Of a DNA stretch of 64,000 bases, positions 1 through 12,380 are shown piece after piece. Under the pieces are notes generated by a model. It saw nothing but the letters and a program-made list of their open reading frames with translations, did no database searches and had not been told where the DNA came from. Made by a program: the position numbers and the translations under genes. This stretch comes from Eledone cirrhosa (taxonomy: Eukaryota): assembly GCA_964016885.1 (NCBI GenBank), contig OZ024745.1:69006001-69070000 (forward strand), in the 5' to 3' direction. Within the stretch, counting starts at the first letter, position 1. Every line of letters begins with the position of its first letter.

Positions 1-2152
1 GGTGGGTTGTTCATGCATATTGACAGTGCACATCCAACGGAGCATGCTTGCCTCATTTCTCTCCAGCCGTCGCATATCCTCTGCAGTTGCTGCCCATGTC
101 TCACTACCATGCAACATCGTGCTCCTCACACAGGCATCTTATAACCGGCCTTTCGTACGCAGGGAGAAACCCTTCTTCGTCAGCAGAGGAAGCAGCTCCC
201 TAAACTTCTTCCATCCAACCCATCCTTATTCTAGATACTATGGCCTCAGAACACCCCTCCCATGCTAATCTGATCTCCTAGGTACCGGAAGCTATCCACC
301 ACTTCTAAAGCACCCGCCTGCATTTTAAAAATGTGTCTATCAATGCGACTTCTACTGTCTAATTTCCCTGTTCATCTACTGCATACATATTTCTCCCTAC
401 CTATTAGTTTGCCTGCTATCCTGCTACATCTCTTGTGTACCCAGGATCTGCATTGTGTGCATTTTATAGAATTTATGCCAGTTCCTTTTTTGCATATCGA
501 ACATGGCCATTTCCCTGACGGAATCCGAGTTTTGTCCTCTTTTCTATTCATCAACACTTTTGTCTTAGCTAGGTTCACTCTCAGTCCTCTTGCTTCCAAC
601 TGCTGTTTCCATAGCCAGAATTCTCTAGCTCCTCTACTGATTCTGCTATAAGAACCAGATCATCAGCATAGAGAAGTTCCCATGGACAGCCAGTCTTAAA
701 CTCCTCTGTTATGGCTTGGAGGACTATAATGAACAAGAGCGAGCTGAGGACCAAACCTTGATGTACTCCTACTTGTATCTGGAATTCCTCACTAAACTCC
801 ATTCCGACCCTGACTTTACTGACAGTACCTCTGTACAAAGTTTGCACTGTCCTCACAATCCATTCCTCAACACCTAGTTTCCTTAGGGACCACCAGATGA
901 CAGATCGAGGTACCCTATCAAAGGCCTTCTCTAGGTCAACAAAGGCTAAGTATAGTGGCTTATTTTTCTCTAAGAACCTCTCTTGCAATTGTCTCACCAA
1001 GAAGAGGGCATCTGTTGTACTCTTCCCAGGCACAAAACCAAACTGCATCTCATCTAGTTTGACCCTTTCTCTAATTAGTTGTGCTAATATCCTTTCTGCC
1101 ACTTTCATAACCTGATCCATCAGTTTTATACCCCTATAATTGCTCCTCTCCAGAGCATCCCCTTTACCTTTGTAGGAATTTATGAGAATTCTGCTGCACC
1201 AGTCTTTGGGTATGACACCACCATATATAGCCTGATTGATGATGCATGGAACCAGTTTAGTGCCTACGTCCTCTGATGCCTTCAGCATCATAGCAACTAT
1301 TCCCGATGGTCCAGCAGCCTTACTATTTTTCATTTCCTTAATCGCTTCTTGGACCCTATATTCGTCAATCTCAATAGCTGGTCCCTCTATCGGATCTACT
1401 GAGGGTAATTTCTCTCTCTCCTATTTGTTCTCCACATTCATCCCTCTCTCATAATGACATTTCCAGGCCTCCTTTTTCTGACCATTTGTGACACTAAGTA
1501 CACCGGCATTGTTCCGGACACATTTATCTCCAACAACATCCTGATTTGCATTGACACACTACCTTGCAATGTGGAACACCACATGCCTCTGATCTTCCCA
1601 TCGCAGAACATTGGCAAACCTCCTTCTCTCAGCCTCCCTGCGTGCTAAGTACACCTGACGTCTAGCTTCTCTCTTAGCGGCTGTATATTCTTCCCTACTC
1701 CCACCCTTTTTCCAAGCCTTCCATGCTAGTCTTTTGTCTCTAATGGCCTTATCTACTGTACTGTGCTGTTCCACCACCAGGTCACTCTCTGTCTGGTTGG
1801 AGCTCTGCTCCAGCCATAAGTTTCATCAGTAGCCTGCAGTAAGTTGTCACGTAAGAAATTCCAGTTATTATCTATGTCATACATCTCTAAATCATCTTCT
1901 TTTTCGTCATACACATCTTGAAGGGCTTTCCTAAATTTTTATTTTAGTGAAAGGTCTTTTAGCTTCCAGACCTTTCTTCTCCACACCTTCCTGTATGTCT
2001 CATTCCATCTCTTGCTTACTGAGATATCACTAACGACTAACCTGTGCTGTGGGGTACATTCTTCCCCAGGGCATGCCTTGGTATTAGACACTATCTGCCT
2101 GTCCTGCTGCCTAACTAGTAAGAAGTCAATCTGGCTTATGTGCTCGCCAGAT
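1..2152 (-). mobile_element. RTE-clade non-LTR retrotransposon, degenerate ORF2 (end of APE endonuclease, tether, RT, PHD-like finger); 5'-truncated and running off the left edge
   Basis: Minus-strand ORF pieces: 1939-2150 (SQIDFLLVR...QHRLVVSD, APE C-terminus), 1559-1777 (tether), 581-1333 (NYRGIKL, QFGFVPGKSTTDA, FVDLEKAFDRV, GVHQG, LLYADDLVL), 372-599 (CSIC..CTQC..WVHKRC..CSR). Stops and frameshifts between pieces; collinear with the copy at 26543-29800. Confidence 0.95.
581..1333 (-). pseudogene. Reverse transcriptase domain of RTE LINE (fragment of disrupted ORF2)
   Basis: Non-LTR RT motifs DLEKAFD, GVHQG and YADD. Confidence 0.93.
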
Positions 2153-2250
2153 TTATATATATATATGTATATACACACACAGACATACACATATATGCAC
2201 ACATACACACACACACACAGACATACACATATATGCACACATACTCACAC
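2153..2250. repeat. (TA)/(CA) compound microsatellite
   Basis: Direct reading; abuts the 5' truncation point of the RTE. Confidence 0.9.
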
Positions 2251-2545
2251 ATTGCCATTATCATCATTGTTTACGTTCGTTTTCCACACAGGCTTAGGTT
2301 GGACATGCAAGCACGTACACACACACATGCAACACATACACATACACACATGCACACACACACGTGTAATATAGGATTGTTGAGAGACTCTCCAGATAAA
2401 CAAGATGACAGCAATGACAACAAAATAAAGTTTAGTGTGTCCCAACATCACATCTCAACTAGATAGTATTGATTTTGTATCAAAAGACACCAGTGACAGC
2501 TAAACAATATTAATGATTATCAGCGAATATTTTTTGTTTATATAT

Positions 2546-2888
2546 ATCATCATCATCATCATCATTTTACGTCCGCTTTTCCTTGCTTGCAAGGGTGGGA
2601 CGGGAACTGATTCTGGCTTGATTTCTACAGCTGGATGCCCTTCCTAACACCAACCTCATTTACAGTGAGTGCTGGGTGCTTTTTTGCTGTGGCACCTCCA
2701 CGACCACTTTGCAGTGGAATGATATGGACCCCAGTCCCTATCATTTCATTTCTACAGCTGAGTAAACTGGAGCAATGTGAAATAAAGTGTCTTGCTCAAG
2801 GAAACAACACAACACCCGGTCTGAGAATTGAACTCACAACCTTTCGATTGCAAGGTCAATGCTCAAACCACTAAGCCATGTGCCTCCA
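2546..2888 (-). mobile_element. tRNA-derived CORE-type SINE with RTE-like 3' tail ending in (ATG)n
   Basis: Reverse complement starts GGAGGCACATGGCTTAGTGG (A box) ... GAGTTCAATTC (B box), then CCTTGAGCAAGACACTTTATTTCAC (CORE-like), and ends GGACGTAAAATGATGATG. Near-identical copy at 48498-48837. Confidence 0.85.
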
Positions 2889-2927
2889 TTATATATATAT
2901 ATATTTATATATATATATATTAAATAT

Positions 2928-3052
2928 TATAAAGCATTGGGACCTGACAGCTGAGCTCTTGCCGTTTCAACAGCTAATTCCAAGTTCCACAGTAAGCTGG
3001 AACTAGCTGTTGACATGGCAAGAGCTCAGCTGTTGGGTCCCGGCTCTTTATA
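2928..3052. repeat. Short fold-back (inverted-repeat) element, MITE-like
   Basis: GGGACCTGACAGCTGAGCTCTTGCC...CAACAGCTA pairs with TAGCTGTTG...GGCAAGAGCTCAGCTGTTGGGTCCC; TATA at both ends. Confidence 0.8.
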
Positions 3053-4329
3053 CTATATCTATGCTCTATTACCTCAAGTATCAAGTACTCTTGAGTAATA
3101 GTCTTATTCATTTTAATTTGGTTCTATCCTGATATATTACCATCTATTTCGCAATGTTACAAGGGAGATAGAGAGTGAAAGGAATAGAGCATTTAGCATA
3201 TGATGAAAATAATAGCGAGAGAGAGTAGAAAAGAGGGAATAAAAGTGATAGAGCATATAATGTTGACATGGAAATGTAAGAATAGGATAGATAACAGTGG
3301 AGAAAGTAAAGTTGAATAACATAAAAGAGGTACTATTGCATCGGAACCTCTTCAGCTTCCTTCTAGCAATATGATTTCATGTGATAAGGAAAGATCATGT
3401 AAAGGCTAGCCGGCAAAACAGAATCAACATTTCTGTTGGAGTGACACATATAGGTAGACAAAATAAAATGAGAGGTCACTAGAAATGCATTAGCTCTGGG
3501 CTGTGACAGACAGGAGAGATGCAGCAGAAGGAAAGATGGCACTGGAAGTGGCAGTAGGGGTGAAAGAGAAATAAATAAAGGGTTATCTCTCCCTAGCACC
3601 ATTTTCTGGCCATCATAGAAAGCCAAAAAAGGTTCATTATATGTATGTAAAGAGACATTCTGATTCTAAATCTCTATTTGAATGTTTTAAGCTGTGATCA
3701 TGTCACAACTATCTCAGTTGCCAAGTAAAAATACCAGAGATTAATGCTTCAGGATATTGTAGGTATCTCTGTTCACTTTTTTCTGTCTCTAAGTGTAATT
3801 TGCCCAATTTTCTGAACCATTAATTTTTGTGATGGCCTATTGTTACAGTTATTTACTGCATTTCGGACTCATAGATTTTCAAATTTTAAACACTCTCAGC
3901 GCTTCGATAGTTCATGGGATTTATATACATCCGTACATATAGTACACACACATGCTCTCTCTCTCACACACACACACACACAACACACACACACACACAT
4001 ATATAATATAATAAATAATAAATAACCCTGAAATTCATTTCCTTTCATGACAGCACTTTATTTCAGTGTAGGCGTAATTACATCAATGCTGTGCCATTAG
4101 AAAGGACATCTCACTTTAAGAAAGAAGCCTAATTTTATTTATATTTCTTACATTCTGATATTTATTCAAATGGATTCTGCCATTAATCTTAATTGAGAAG
4201 AAATTTCACCACATCTATGTCAGCATTTATTTCACCAAATTATTTTGTGATTTGTGTATGTAAATATATGTGTATAACTACATATGCATTCAATATATAC
4301 ATTTGTGGATGTGGTTTGACTTATGTGTG

Positions 4330-4330
4330 C

Positions 4331-4387
<57 letters not shown>

Positions 4388-4462
4388 AGAGAGAGCGAGA
4401 GAGAGAGAGAGAGAGGGAGAGCAAGAGAGAGAGGGAGAGCAAGAGAGAGAGAGATAGAGAGA
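4330..4462. repeat. (TA)n followed by (GA)n microsatellite
   Basis: Direct reading. Confidence 0.95.
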
Positions 4463-4926
4463 TACAGTATAATCTCAATAAACAACCCTTCATTATAATA
4501 ATAATAATGATAATGAAAATATTGTGTACAGTGCTCAGGTGCACTACAACTTATCAAAAGTGTATGTATAGCACATAGAGTAATGTATAAATGTCAGGAA
4601 AATGAACAGTGGATGAGTCATGTGCAGGTGTATGGAAGGGGGACATCAGGTGTAGTTTTGGTGAATTTCAGGAAGCATGAGGGTTTTAAAGGATGCAGTG
4701 TCTCGGCAGCTAACAACTGGCGCAGGCAGTTTGTTCCCTGATTCAGCAACTCTGAGCGTGAAAAAATGTTTCTGAAAGTCATGGGAGCCGTGCTGTTTTC
4801 TGACTTTGTAGGCATGTCCATGTGTGTTAGACACATGGAGATCAAAAAGGTGCTCAGGGTTGTTGTTGGCGAGATGGTTAATAACTTTGTGGGTATTTAC
4901 CAAGTTCATTGCCACATGTCGGAGCT

Positions 4927-6078
4927 TCAATGAATCCATGCCCAGGGAAGCAAGGTGTTCAGAGTATGGTAGAGTATGGTAGAGTATGGTAGAGTATGGA
5001 GGTCAATGTTCTGAGCAAGATAGGGGTTCCAGACTGATGATGTGAATTCCAAGTGTGGTCGTATCCTAGCTGTATACAGCTTTAAATAGATGGCTGGAGA
5101 GTGGCTAACAAAGGTCTTGCTGAGTGATGCCAAGACACCCTCGGCCTTCTTGACAATTTTAGAGATGTGCTTTGTCCAACGCAAATCGCTGCTGCCAGTA
5201 ATGCCCAGGTCACGTTCACAAGAGGACTTCTTGATATTAGTGTTGTGGAGGGAGTATGTGGATGCTGGATTTTTCCTCCCAAAATGGATGGTGGTACACT
5301 TGTCCACAGCCAGCTTCAGTTGCCAGTCTGTGATCCATTGCTGCATTGTGTCCAGGTCTGATTGTAGGAAAGAGTTATAGATTTCAGGATCTGTCCTTTT
5401 GATTTCAAGGTACAGCTTGATGTCATCTGCATATTTCAGTACTGTGGCATTCTTTAAGTTGGCATCTATGTCATTAATGTATGCAACAAACAAAAGGGGA
5501 CCAAGAACAGATCCCTGTGGTACATCAGATGACATCTCATATGGTGAAGAATGCTCTCCTAGAACCGTGACTACCTCTTTTCGGCTGAGAATGATGGATT
5601 TCAACCAGTTAAAAAGATCATCCCTCACACCCATTGCAGAGAGTTTCACCATAAGTCTTTTGTGTGGCACAGAATTAAAAGCCTTAGCAAAATCAAGGTA
5701 AACAACATCCACCCAAGAGCCGCTGTCAATGATCTGGGTAATGTCTTCAAGGAACTCGATAAGCTGATCACAGCAGCTGGAATTAGGGATACATCCAAAT
5801 TGCGAGGGCTGGATAAGGCTGTGAGAGCTCCAGAAGTTCCAAAGTGTTTCTCTGACACAGGATTCCATCAGTTTGGCAATACAGCTAGTAAGCCTGACTG
5901 GACGATAGTTGACAGGAGACGTGCGGTCACCCTTTTTGAACAGGGGAATGACACTAGCAGTTTTCCACTGCTCCGGAGTAGCACCATTGTTGAGACAGTA
6001 TTGAAAGCTGGTGTAAAAAGAAGTACCCGCCACGTTTGAGAAGCAGGTATGTAACACCATCAAGACCAGGGGAGGCAT
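4927..6078 (-). pseudogene. CR1 reverse transcriptase domain (frameshifted at both ends)
   Basis: 383-aa ORF with complete non-LTR RT motif set. Confidence 0.92.
4961..5000. repeat. 10-bp tandem repeat (AGAGTATGGT) x4 inside the CR1 RT C-terminus
   Basis: Direct reading. Confidence 0.9.
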
Positions 6079-6430
6079 AGTTGCGCTTATTCTTAAGGTG
6101 ACGTTGCAGCATTGCAGGTGAAAATTCCATAGTTGTTATGGAATTTGATGTTAGAGAAGGTGGAGATGGTACATTCTGGTTTTCAACAGTAAAAATGCTT
6201 GCATAGCACTCAGCAATGAGTTCTACGCATTCTTTGGGATCGTCAGTGATCTGGCTTGTGTGGGGATTTCGAAGAGGACCACCTGGAGAGTGAGGTCTCT
6301 GCTTTGAATGTACATATTTCCAGAACACCTTACTGTCAGGATTGGTTGCTATGCTCTGTTCAATTCAAACACTGCCTTTTTTGTTACTTGCTTGAGATGG
6401 TTGGAAGATTTATTCTGCTTTTTTCTGTTG

Positions 6431-6924
6431 CGCCGTGCAAACTGCTTAGGGCAAAGCTCGCAATGGAAAGCTTTTTCTGTAGTCCTCATTGATGATATGG
6501 GTGTATGGGGTAAGGAAGGTGGAGCTATTAGAGGTAACGTTTTTGGAGCAGGGGGTTGAATCTTGTTCAAAACTGGCTGAGGTTGTTTGAGACAAAGATT
6601 ATTTTCAGGTGCAGTTCTTTCAACAGTGTGCATACGCTCTGGTTGTGTGTGTAAATATGAGTTCTGAACAAATTGTTTGCCGTAAACATCAGGACTGAAA
6701 AGTCTCTCGTTCGGGTGCAATATTCCATGGACAAATTGGTTCATGTAAGATTGGTTTCAGAACGGCTTCTCATCTACCTCTGCCATTCTTGGAGGCTGCT
6801 GCTGCTGCTGTTGCTACTGTTGTTGCATGGTGGTCATCAATGGTGGTAGTTGGAACTTTCCCAGCATGTTGCTGGAAAGTACTGAGTCAGGAGTAAATTT
6901 GTCCATGTTTTGTTGTGTAGCCAT
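6431..6924 (-). pseudogene. Degenerate Q-rich / C2H2 zinc-finger gene-like segment fused in frame to the CR1 tether
   Basis: From ATG at 6924: MATQQNMDKFTPDS...MQQQ*QQQQQPP..EKPF*..., then ERLFSPDVYGKQFVQNSYLHT..RMHTVE (decayed C2H2 finger plus linker) and EKAFHCELCPKQFARRN (half finger), running straight into the CR1 tether. Confidence 0.65.
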
Positions 6925-7089
6925 TTACAATGGTATCTCAGTGGTATCTGTTCAGTGACACCAACCTCTCTACCTATCCAGCTAGCAATACCATGCACTG
7001 GCTGGCTGGTTGAACACAGGACAGGTTGATAAACAACTAGATGTATATAGTAAGGTGAAATAAATAGACAAACCAGAGCAGCAACAGAG

Positions 7090-7330
7090 TTAATTTTTGA
7101 AGAAATTACTTGATATCCACATCAACACATGTCAGCAGACAATCTTGACTAGTTTTCAGTAGAATGAGAAAGATATTCAGTGGAACAGATATTGCTGAAC
7201 AAAAAAAAACCCTCGGGACATTAATTTTTTTTCTCCAATAGTAGAACAATGAAACCGGTGTAATATTATTTTTTTCACTTTGCTTAAAAAAAGTCTGGAG
7301 CGGATTGGTTGCACTTTCATATCTATGCTC
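7090..7330 (-). mobile_element. Possible decayed hAT transposase C-terminal (dimerisation) remnant
   Basis: With frameshifts reads ...YYWRKK...AISVP.E..FSHS...SRLSAD...FLQK, resembling the hAT PATSVPSERxFS..R.RL...VD.L.FL motif. Weak. Confidence 0.35.
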
Positions 7331-8221
7331 CACATAAAGATTCATTGAGTATCCTACCCTATTTGTGATATTCCTAGTGTATGAACCATCAATGTATCTT
7401 AGATATGTATGTGCGTGTGAAGTGAGGGCTGGACATTCCCCTGCAGAGACTCTAAGTTATATGAAATTTGAGACCTGTCTCTAAGAAAATATAACTATAA
7501 ATTTTTTTATTAATGTTAATGATAAAGAATGAATAACACACACGTGCGCGTGCACACACACACACACACACATATATATATAATTAAATTAAATTTGTTG
7601 TTTACACTCTACTAATGCATTGAGTACCTTACTTACTGTGGTTACCCCCGATTGAACCTGGGGCTCACATATATATATATATATATATATAAAGTTTATG
7701 GAAATGGCTTTCACAGGACTAGAACTGTTTCATTCAAAAGAGTATGTATTTAAATTTGTATTGAAATCTACATGTCTTTTTGCTCTCTCTATATATATAC
7801 AAAATACTATTTCAATTGATATATCCAAGTATATATTGTTTATATTGGTCCTATAGTGCTGTATCAATACTATAGTATAGTGTCAGACAAGCTGAACACC
7901 TCAGATTCCCTATACTGTACTATACACATTTTTATACCCCATATTTTTTATACCATATCTAGCTTTATGTTGAAGATGTGTAGCTTATCGTAATATTGAA
8001 CTCTCTAAGTAATATACGTTTATTAAATACAATTTGAAAAATAATTCATTTAGGAACAACTTGAACATTTGCAATAGGGAGACATTTTGAATAGGATTTC
8101 CAAAGAGGGTCTATAATGATTATTCTTGTGTGTGTATCTGTTGCTGAACGATGACATCCAAATCATTTATGTACATAGACAATATAAACAATATAAACAA
8201 TATGCCCCCCCCCCCCCCACC

Positions 8222-8490
8222 GCAAGGTGGTCGTGGAGGTGCCACGGCAAAAAAGCACCCAGCCCACACTGTAAAGTGGACGTGTAGGCGCCACGAAAAA
8301 GCACCCAGCACTCACTGTAAATGAGGTTGGTGTTAGGAAGGGCATCCAGCTGTAGAAATCAAGCCAGATCAGTTCCTGTATGAGCAAGGCATGGTCAGCC
8401 GACCAGACACTGCCCACAACAGGACAACCCGTCTAACCCATGCTAGCGTGGAAGAACGGACGTAAAACGGTGATGATGATGATGATGATG
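8222..8490 (+). mobile_element. SINE 3' portion with ~43-bp internal repeats and RTE-like (ATG)n tail
   Basis: AAAAGCACCCAGC.C.CACTGTAAA repeated; GTTAGGAAGGGCATCCAGCTGTAGAAA; AACCCATGCTAGCGTGGAAGAACGGACGTAAAACGGTGATGATG. Homologous to 2546-2888. Confidence 0.85.
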
Positions 8491-9073
8491 ACAACTGGTT
8501 TTCATATTGAAATTGCAGGACTATAAACTTTAATAAATATAAGATTGCTCACATGGTTGATTAACATTCTAGATCCCCTGTCCATCATCATACAGTTCCC
8601 AATAATAAAGTTTCATTTGCTCAGAAGAGCTGCATGAGATTACTTTTGAATAATCTAATGTCATGATATGTCACCCGCCATTGTCTAGAAAGTCTCTTTA
8701 TGCTGTGCTGCAATAGTTTGTGAAATTAGTGATTACAAACGTCTTCAATCGGATTCTAATTTGTTTTCTTCAAATCCTGAATTTATCTCAGCTGGTCACT
8801 TATTTATTTTTACGGTACTCAGTATAGACATTGTGTCTGGAGTGGAATTAGGAATATCTGGTCTGGCTTTGTTAATACATGAGAAAAGGTTGTTGTGAAT
8901 AACAGTCGTTTCATATTGTTGATCATATTGGTTAGAAACTGACCATGTTTGATTGAAACATTCTAGTTATTATCTTCACATTGTCCAGTCTAATAGAATG
9001 TTTAATCCTCACCACCAAAAAGGTTACATGAGTAAGATTTATTAATTGTGGCAAGGTTGAAAAGAAATTGCTA

Positions 9074-9171
9074 TCGTCTCTTGTGCAAGCATTCATTATT
9101 TGATATCTGCAACCTTCAAAATTTGTAAAACATTCTTACAATTCAAATGATGAATGCTCACACAAGAGATG
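9074..9171. repeat. Inverted repeat, ~30-bp arms
   Basis: TCGTCTCTTGTGCAAGCATTCATTATTTGA ... TCAAATGATGAATGCTCACACAAGAGATGA. Confidence 0.7.
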
Positions 9172-9309
9172 AGTGTATGTATGTGTGTATGTATGTGTAT
9201 GCATGTGTGAGTGTGCATGTGCGAGTGTGTGTTGGTATGTATATATAGATGTGTGAGTATGTATGCATATAAATAATTTTATAATTTAATTAATTCCATT
9301 CCTTATCTT

Positions 9310-9537
9310 TAATACTTTAACATTTAAACTGACCACATCCGGCCAGAATTCTCTCACCTCTTTCTGTTCAAACCGGCCATAACGTGCTGCTTATACCGAT
9401 GTTTAGATATTGTTCTCAAAATAAATAACATCAAAATCTCATAACATGGATATCATGTGAGATAATTGTCCGATAAAAGCCTTTACTATAAAAACACAAT
9501 AGTAAATATAAAGTAATTTAAATGCTAAAAAGCTAAA
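9310..9537. mobile_element. piggyBac-like MITE, decayed copy (family of 16813-17041)
   Basis: Internal sequence is the reverse complement of 16813-17041 and matches 24128-24357; decayed TAAATGCTAAAAGCTAA terminus. Confidence 0.7.
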
Positions 9538-11129
9538 AAGAACTGAGGTTATTCTGAAAATCATTTACATATTTATTTATCTTCTCTTTCACTATTTACT
9601 CAGGGAAGGAAGTGCAGTATACATGACCCTTTTTGGGGTCTCTGAAACTGGTAGGGGGGGGGGGGGAGAAATTACCCCCAAACTGAAGATCTTGAATGCT
9701 TGTAACAGATGGATTCTGCTAAAGCCATCCAAGACTTAAGCTGTAGCTGGACCATATTAACCCTTGGTGAGGCCTCTAGGTTTCACATATCGCAGATCCC
9801 TTCTGGCACTTTAATCTTGCACCCGACTAAAGCAAAAAAAAAAAAAAATGCGATGGATTTCAGTCCCTGAGGTGTCCCTAGTCAGCCTTATAAATTGACC
9901 CTAGGTGGTTGGGTGGTTGGTTGTGCTAAACTGGCTGATGGATTAAGAATATTAAGGAAAGGCGGTTTGGTGGAATTTCTCATAAGAAAACAAGAGAACA
10001 AACTGACTCAACTTATGTTTTACACTTTGCAAGATCATATTACAGCTAAATTACAAAGACAACATATTAATAAGCTCCTGTAGCCTAGAAGTTTCTTTAA
10101 AGTCAATTCGGTTTTAAGATTGTTGCTTTGATGTAACTTTTCATTCTCACACACTTCTATTGAATAATACATCCTATATAGACTAAAACTAACTTTTCTC
10201 CTGTTAAATTGATTTAATATTGATTCATTAATCATAACTGGAAATAAGATATAAATTACAAAACAGAAAAGCTGCATTCGTATTAATAATAGAAGCGAAA
10301 ACTATAATCAGTTAATGCTAAAAGAAAATTTTCCTCATCATCTTTCAGTTAAATTCTGTTTTATAGATTAAATAAATACTGACTGTTGTCTGAATTCATT
10401 AGTTCCATTTAAATTAATGAAATATTTGATAATTGTTAAGTAAGTCATTTCAGATATCCCAATGGAAAATTAAGACTAAGAAGCTGGCATTTCGATGGAT
10501 TTTTATTAATAGATTTAAAAATTGAGACAGGCTCAAAGAAATTTATATTTTGATTTACAATTTATATTCTTCCATTTTACACTAGAAGGTGCACCGAGGA
10601 CAACTGAAAAATACTGAAAGACTTTTCTTTAGAAGAGAGGTGAAAATTATTCTAGTAAAAATAATTAAAGAAATACAATTTCTCACAAGAAAAAAACTCA
10701 TCATCATCATCGTCGTCGTCATTGTTATTATCATCATTATTATTATTGACAGCTTCGTCATCATCATCATTGCGATAATCATCATCATCATCATAATTGA
10801 TAGGTGTGTATATGGGATCTAATCCCTTCTGTAGTAGCTGATAAATAGGCCACGATGGGATTTAAACTCAGGATATAACAAGCCAGAACAAATTTAGCAG
10901 GGTATCTCATCCAATAATTTAACACTTCTGTAAATGTGTTACCCATTATTGCTACCTTATTTATTGATCTGAGATGAATTGAAAACAAACTCAGCCTCCT
11001 TATTATTTGAACTCAGAATGTAAAGTGTTAGAATAACTACAGCAAGCTACCTCACCCAACACCTATTTATGATTCTGCTCATCCACCCAACACCTATTTA
11101 TCGACCCTAAAAAGTATGATAAGCAAAGT

Positions 11130-11590
11130 TAATATCTGCAGTATTTGTACTCTGGGCATAAGGAACTGGAATAAGTACAGCAAAAGTGAATACTGAATTG
11201 AAGATAGCGAGTTTGGCTTTTACACCTACATCCCTTCTTCTGATTACCAAATGTTAAAAACAGCACACTACTGCACCAGACTCCAGCAATTTTTGCACTT
11301 AATTCAGCCTTCTGCCTTCCATCACTTGTGAACATGGCCCCAAGACACTTGAATTTCTTCACCGGCTTCAGTAGAACTGGACAGATTTTACAGGCAAAAC
11401 CAACCGGCAGGAGACCCAGAGGCAGACCCCTAGCAAGATGGTTGGATAACATCCATGAGCTTTGCTTGTCTCGCTTGGGGATCCAGCCAGATCATTTGGA
11501 GCTGGTTTCTTCTGACAGGACCTGCTGAAGGGAGTGTTTGAGGACTCTGCCCCCACGACCTTCACAGGAATAAGTGGGCAAAGAAGATGA
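11130..11590. mobile_element. RTE-like LINE 3' fragment with 5' inversion
   Basis: Plus 11378-11590: QILQAKPTGRRPRGRPLARWLD (RTE C-terminus). Minus 11378->11130: VKKFKCLGAMFTSDG..AEL..KIA, then KAKLAIFNSVF (post-RT region). Confidence 0.75.
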
Positions 11591-11770
11591 ATATATATAT
11601 ATATAAGATGTATATATATATATTTCCCTATATTTATATATAGATGAGTGTTTATAGAAAATTGATATTATGTAAATGTATATTGAGTACTTTTCCTATA
11701 GTTTGAAAATCAAATCATATATATAAATATGTGTGTATGTCTATTTACATCCACTCAAGCACCTGCATAT

Positions 11771-11771
<1 letters not shown>

Positions 11772-11840
<69 letters not shown>
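11772..11840. repeat. (TA)n microsatellite
   Basis: Direct reading. Confidence 0.95.
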
Positions 11841-11841
<1 letters not shown>

Positions 11842-12380
11842 GGGAAATGAATATTTATATATTTCAAAACTGACATGAGTGATATGTTTTTCACTACAGT
11901 ATTATGACAATACAATTAAATAGTTCAGACATCAAGATCACACCAACAGAGGCAGTAATATGTAAAATGTAAAATATGTAAAATTACGAAGATACCAAAA
12001 CTTCACCTGGTAGTGACATCAAACTCTATAATTCAAATACATATTTTAAAAAAGTTTTTAAATCATTTTTATCGCTATTTAATTCAATTTTATGCAACTC
12101 TTTGATTTATATAAGAAATATATAATTCTAGATGTCAAAATTTAGGGATGTTTTATTTGTAAGTGGATGTTGATATTTTAGATAGGATAATCTTTTATTC
12201 TTTTACTGGCTTCAGTTATTAGACTGTGGCCATACTGGGGCACCAACATGATTTAGTTGATTTTATTGACCCCAGTACCTGTCTTAATAATCTGTTTTTT
12301 GTCAAAATGCTAAATTTTAGGATATAAACACAGACACAAACAAGCATACAAACACACACTTGAGTATACATACTTATATA

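Larger units (their letters stand above)
4491..6430 (-). mobile_element. CR1-clade LINE (tether, RT, C-terminus and 3' UTR ending in (TTA)n); no APE endonuclease visible
   Basis: KVFWKYV tether motif; NYRPV, QFG, YLDFAKAF, VPQGSVLGPLLF, YADD, ERDLG, RPHLE; C-terminal HGH..K...FFTLRV...NKLP typical of CR1; microsatellite tail at about 4491-4515. Confidence 0.92.

Noticed and set aside
897-1648. Plus-strand ORFs over the first RTE (and similar antisense ORFs over the CR1, second RTE and PLEs)
   Set aside because: Antisense shadows of retroelement coding frames.
3320-3365. Hammerhead 5' half (minus strand CUGAAGA followed by a hairpin)
   Set aside because: No correctly placed GAAA, stem III or stem I partner could be found.
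7700-7740. Hammerhead 3' half (minus strand GAAAC...GUC), repeated at about 55795-55830
   Set aside because: The CUGANGA half is missing at both loci; only a dispersed TA-associated repeat fragment can be supported.
8540-9010. Coding-like unique sequence on the minus strand
   Set aside because: Stops in all frames examined and no recognisable motif.
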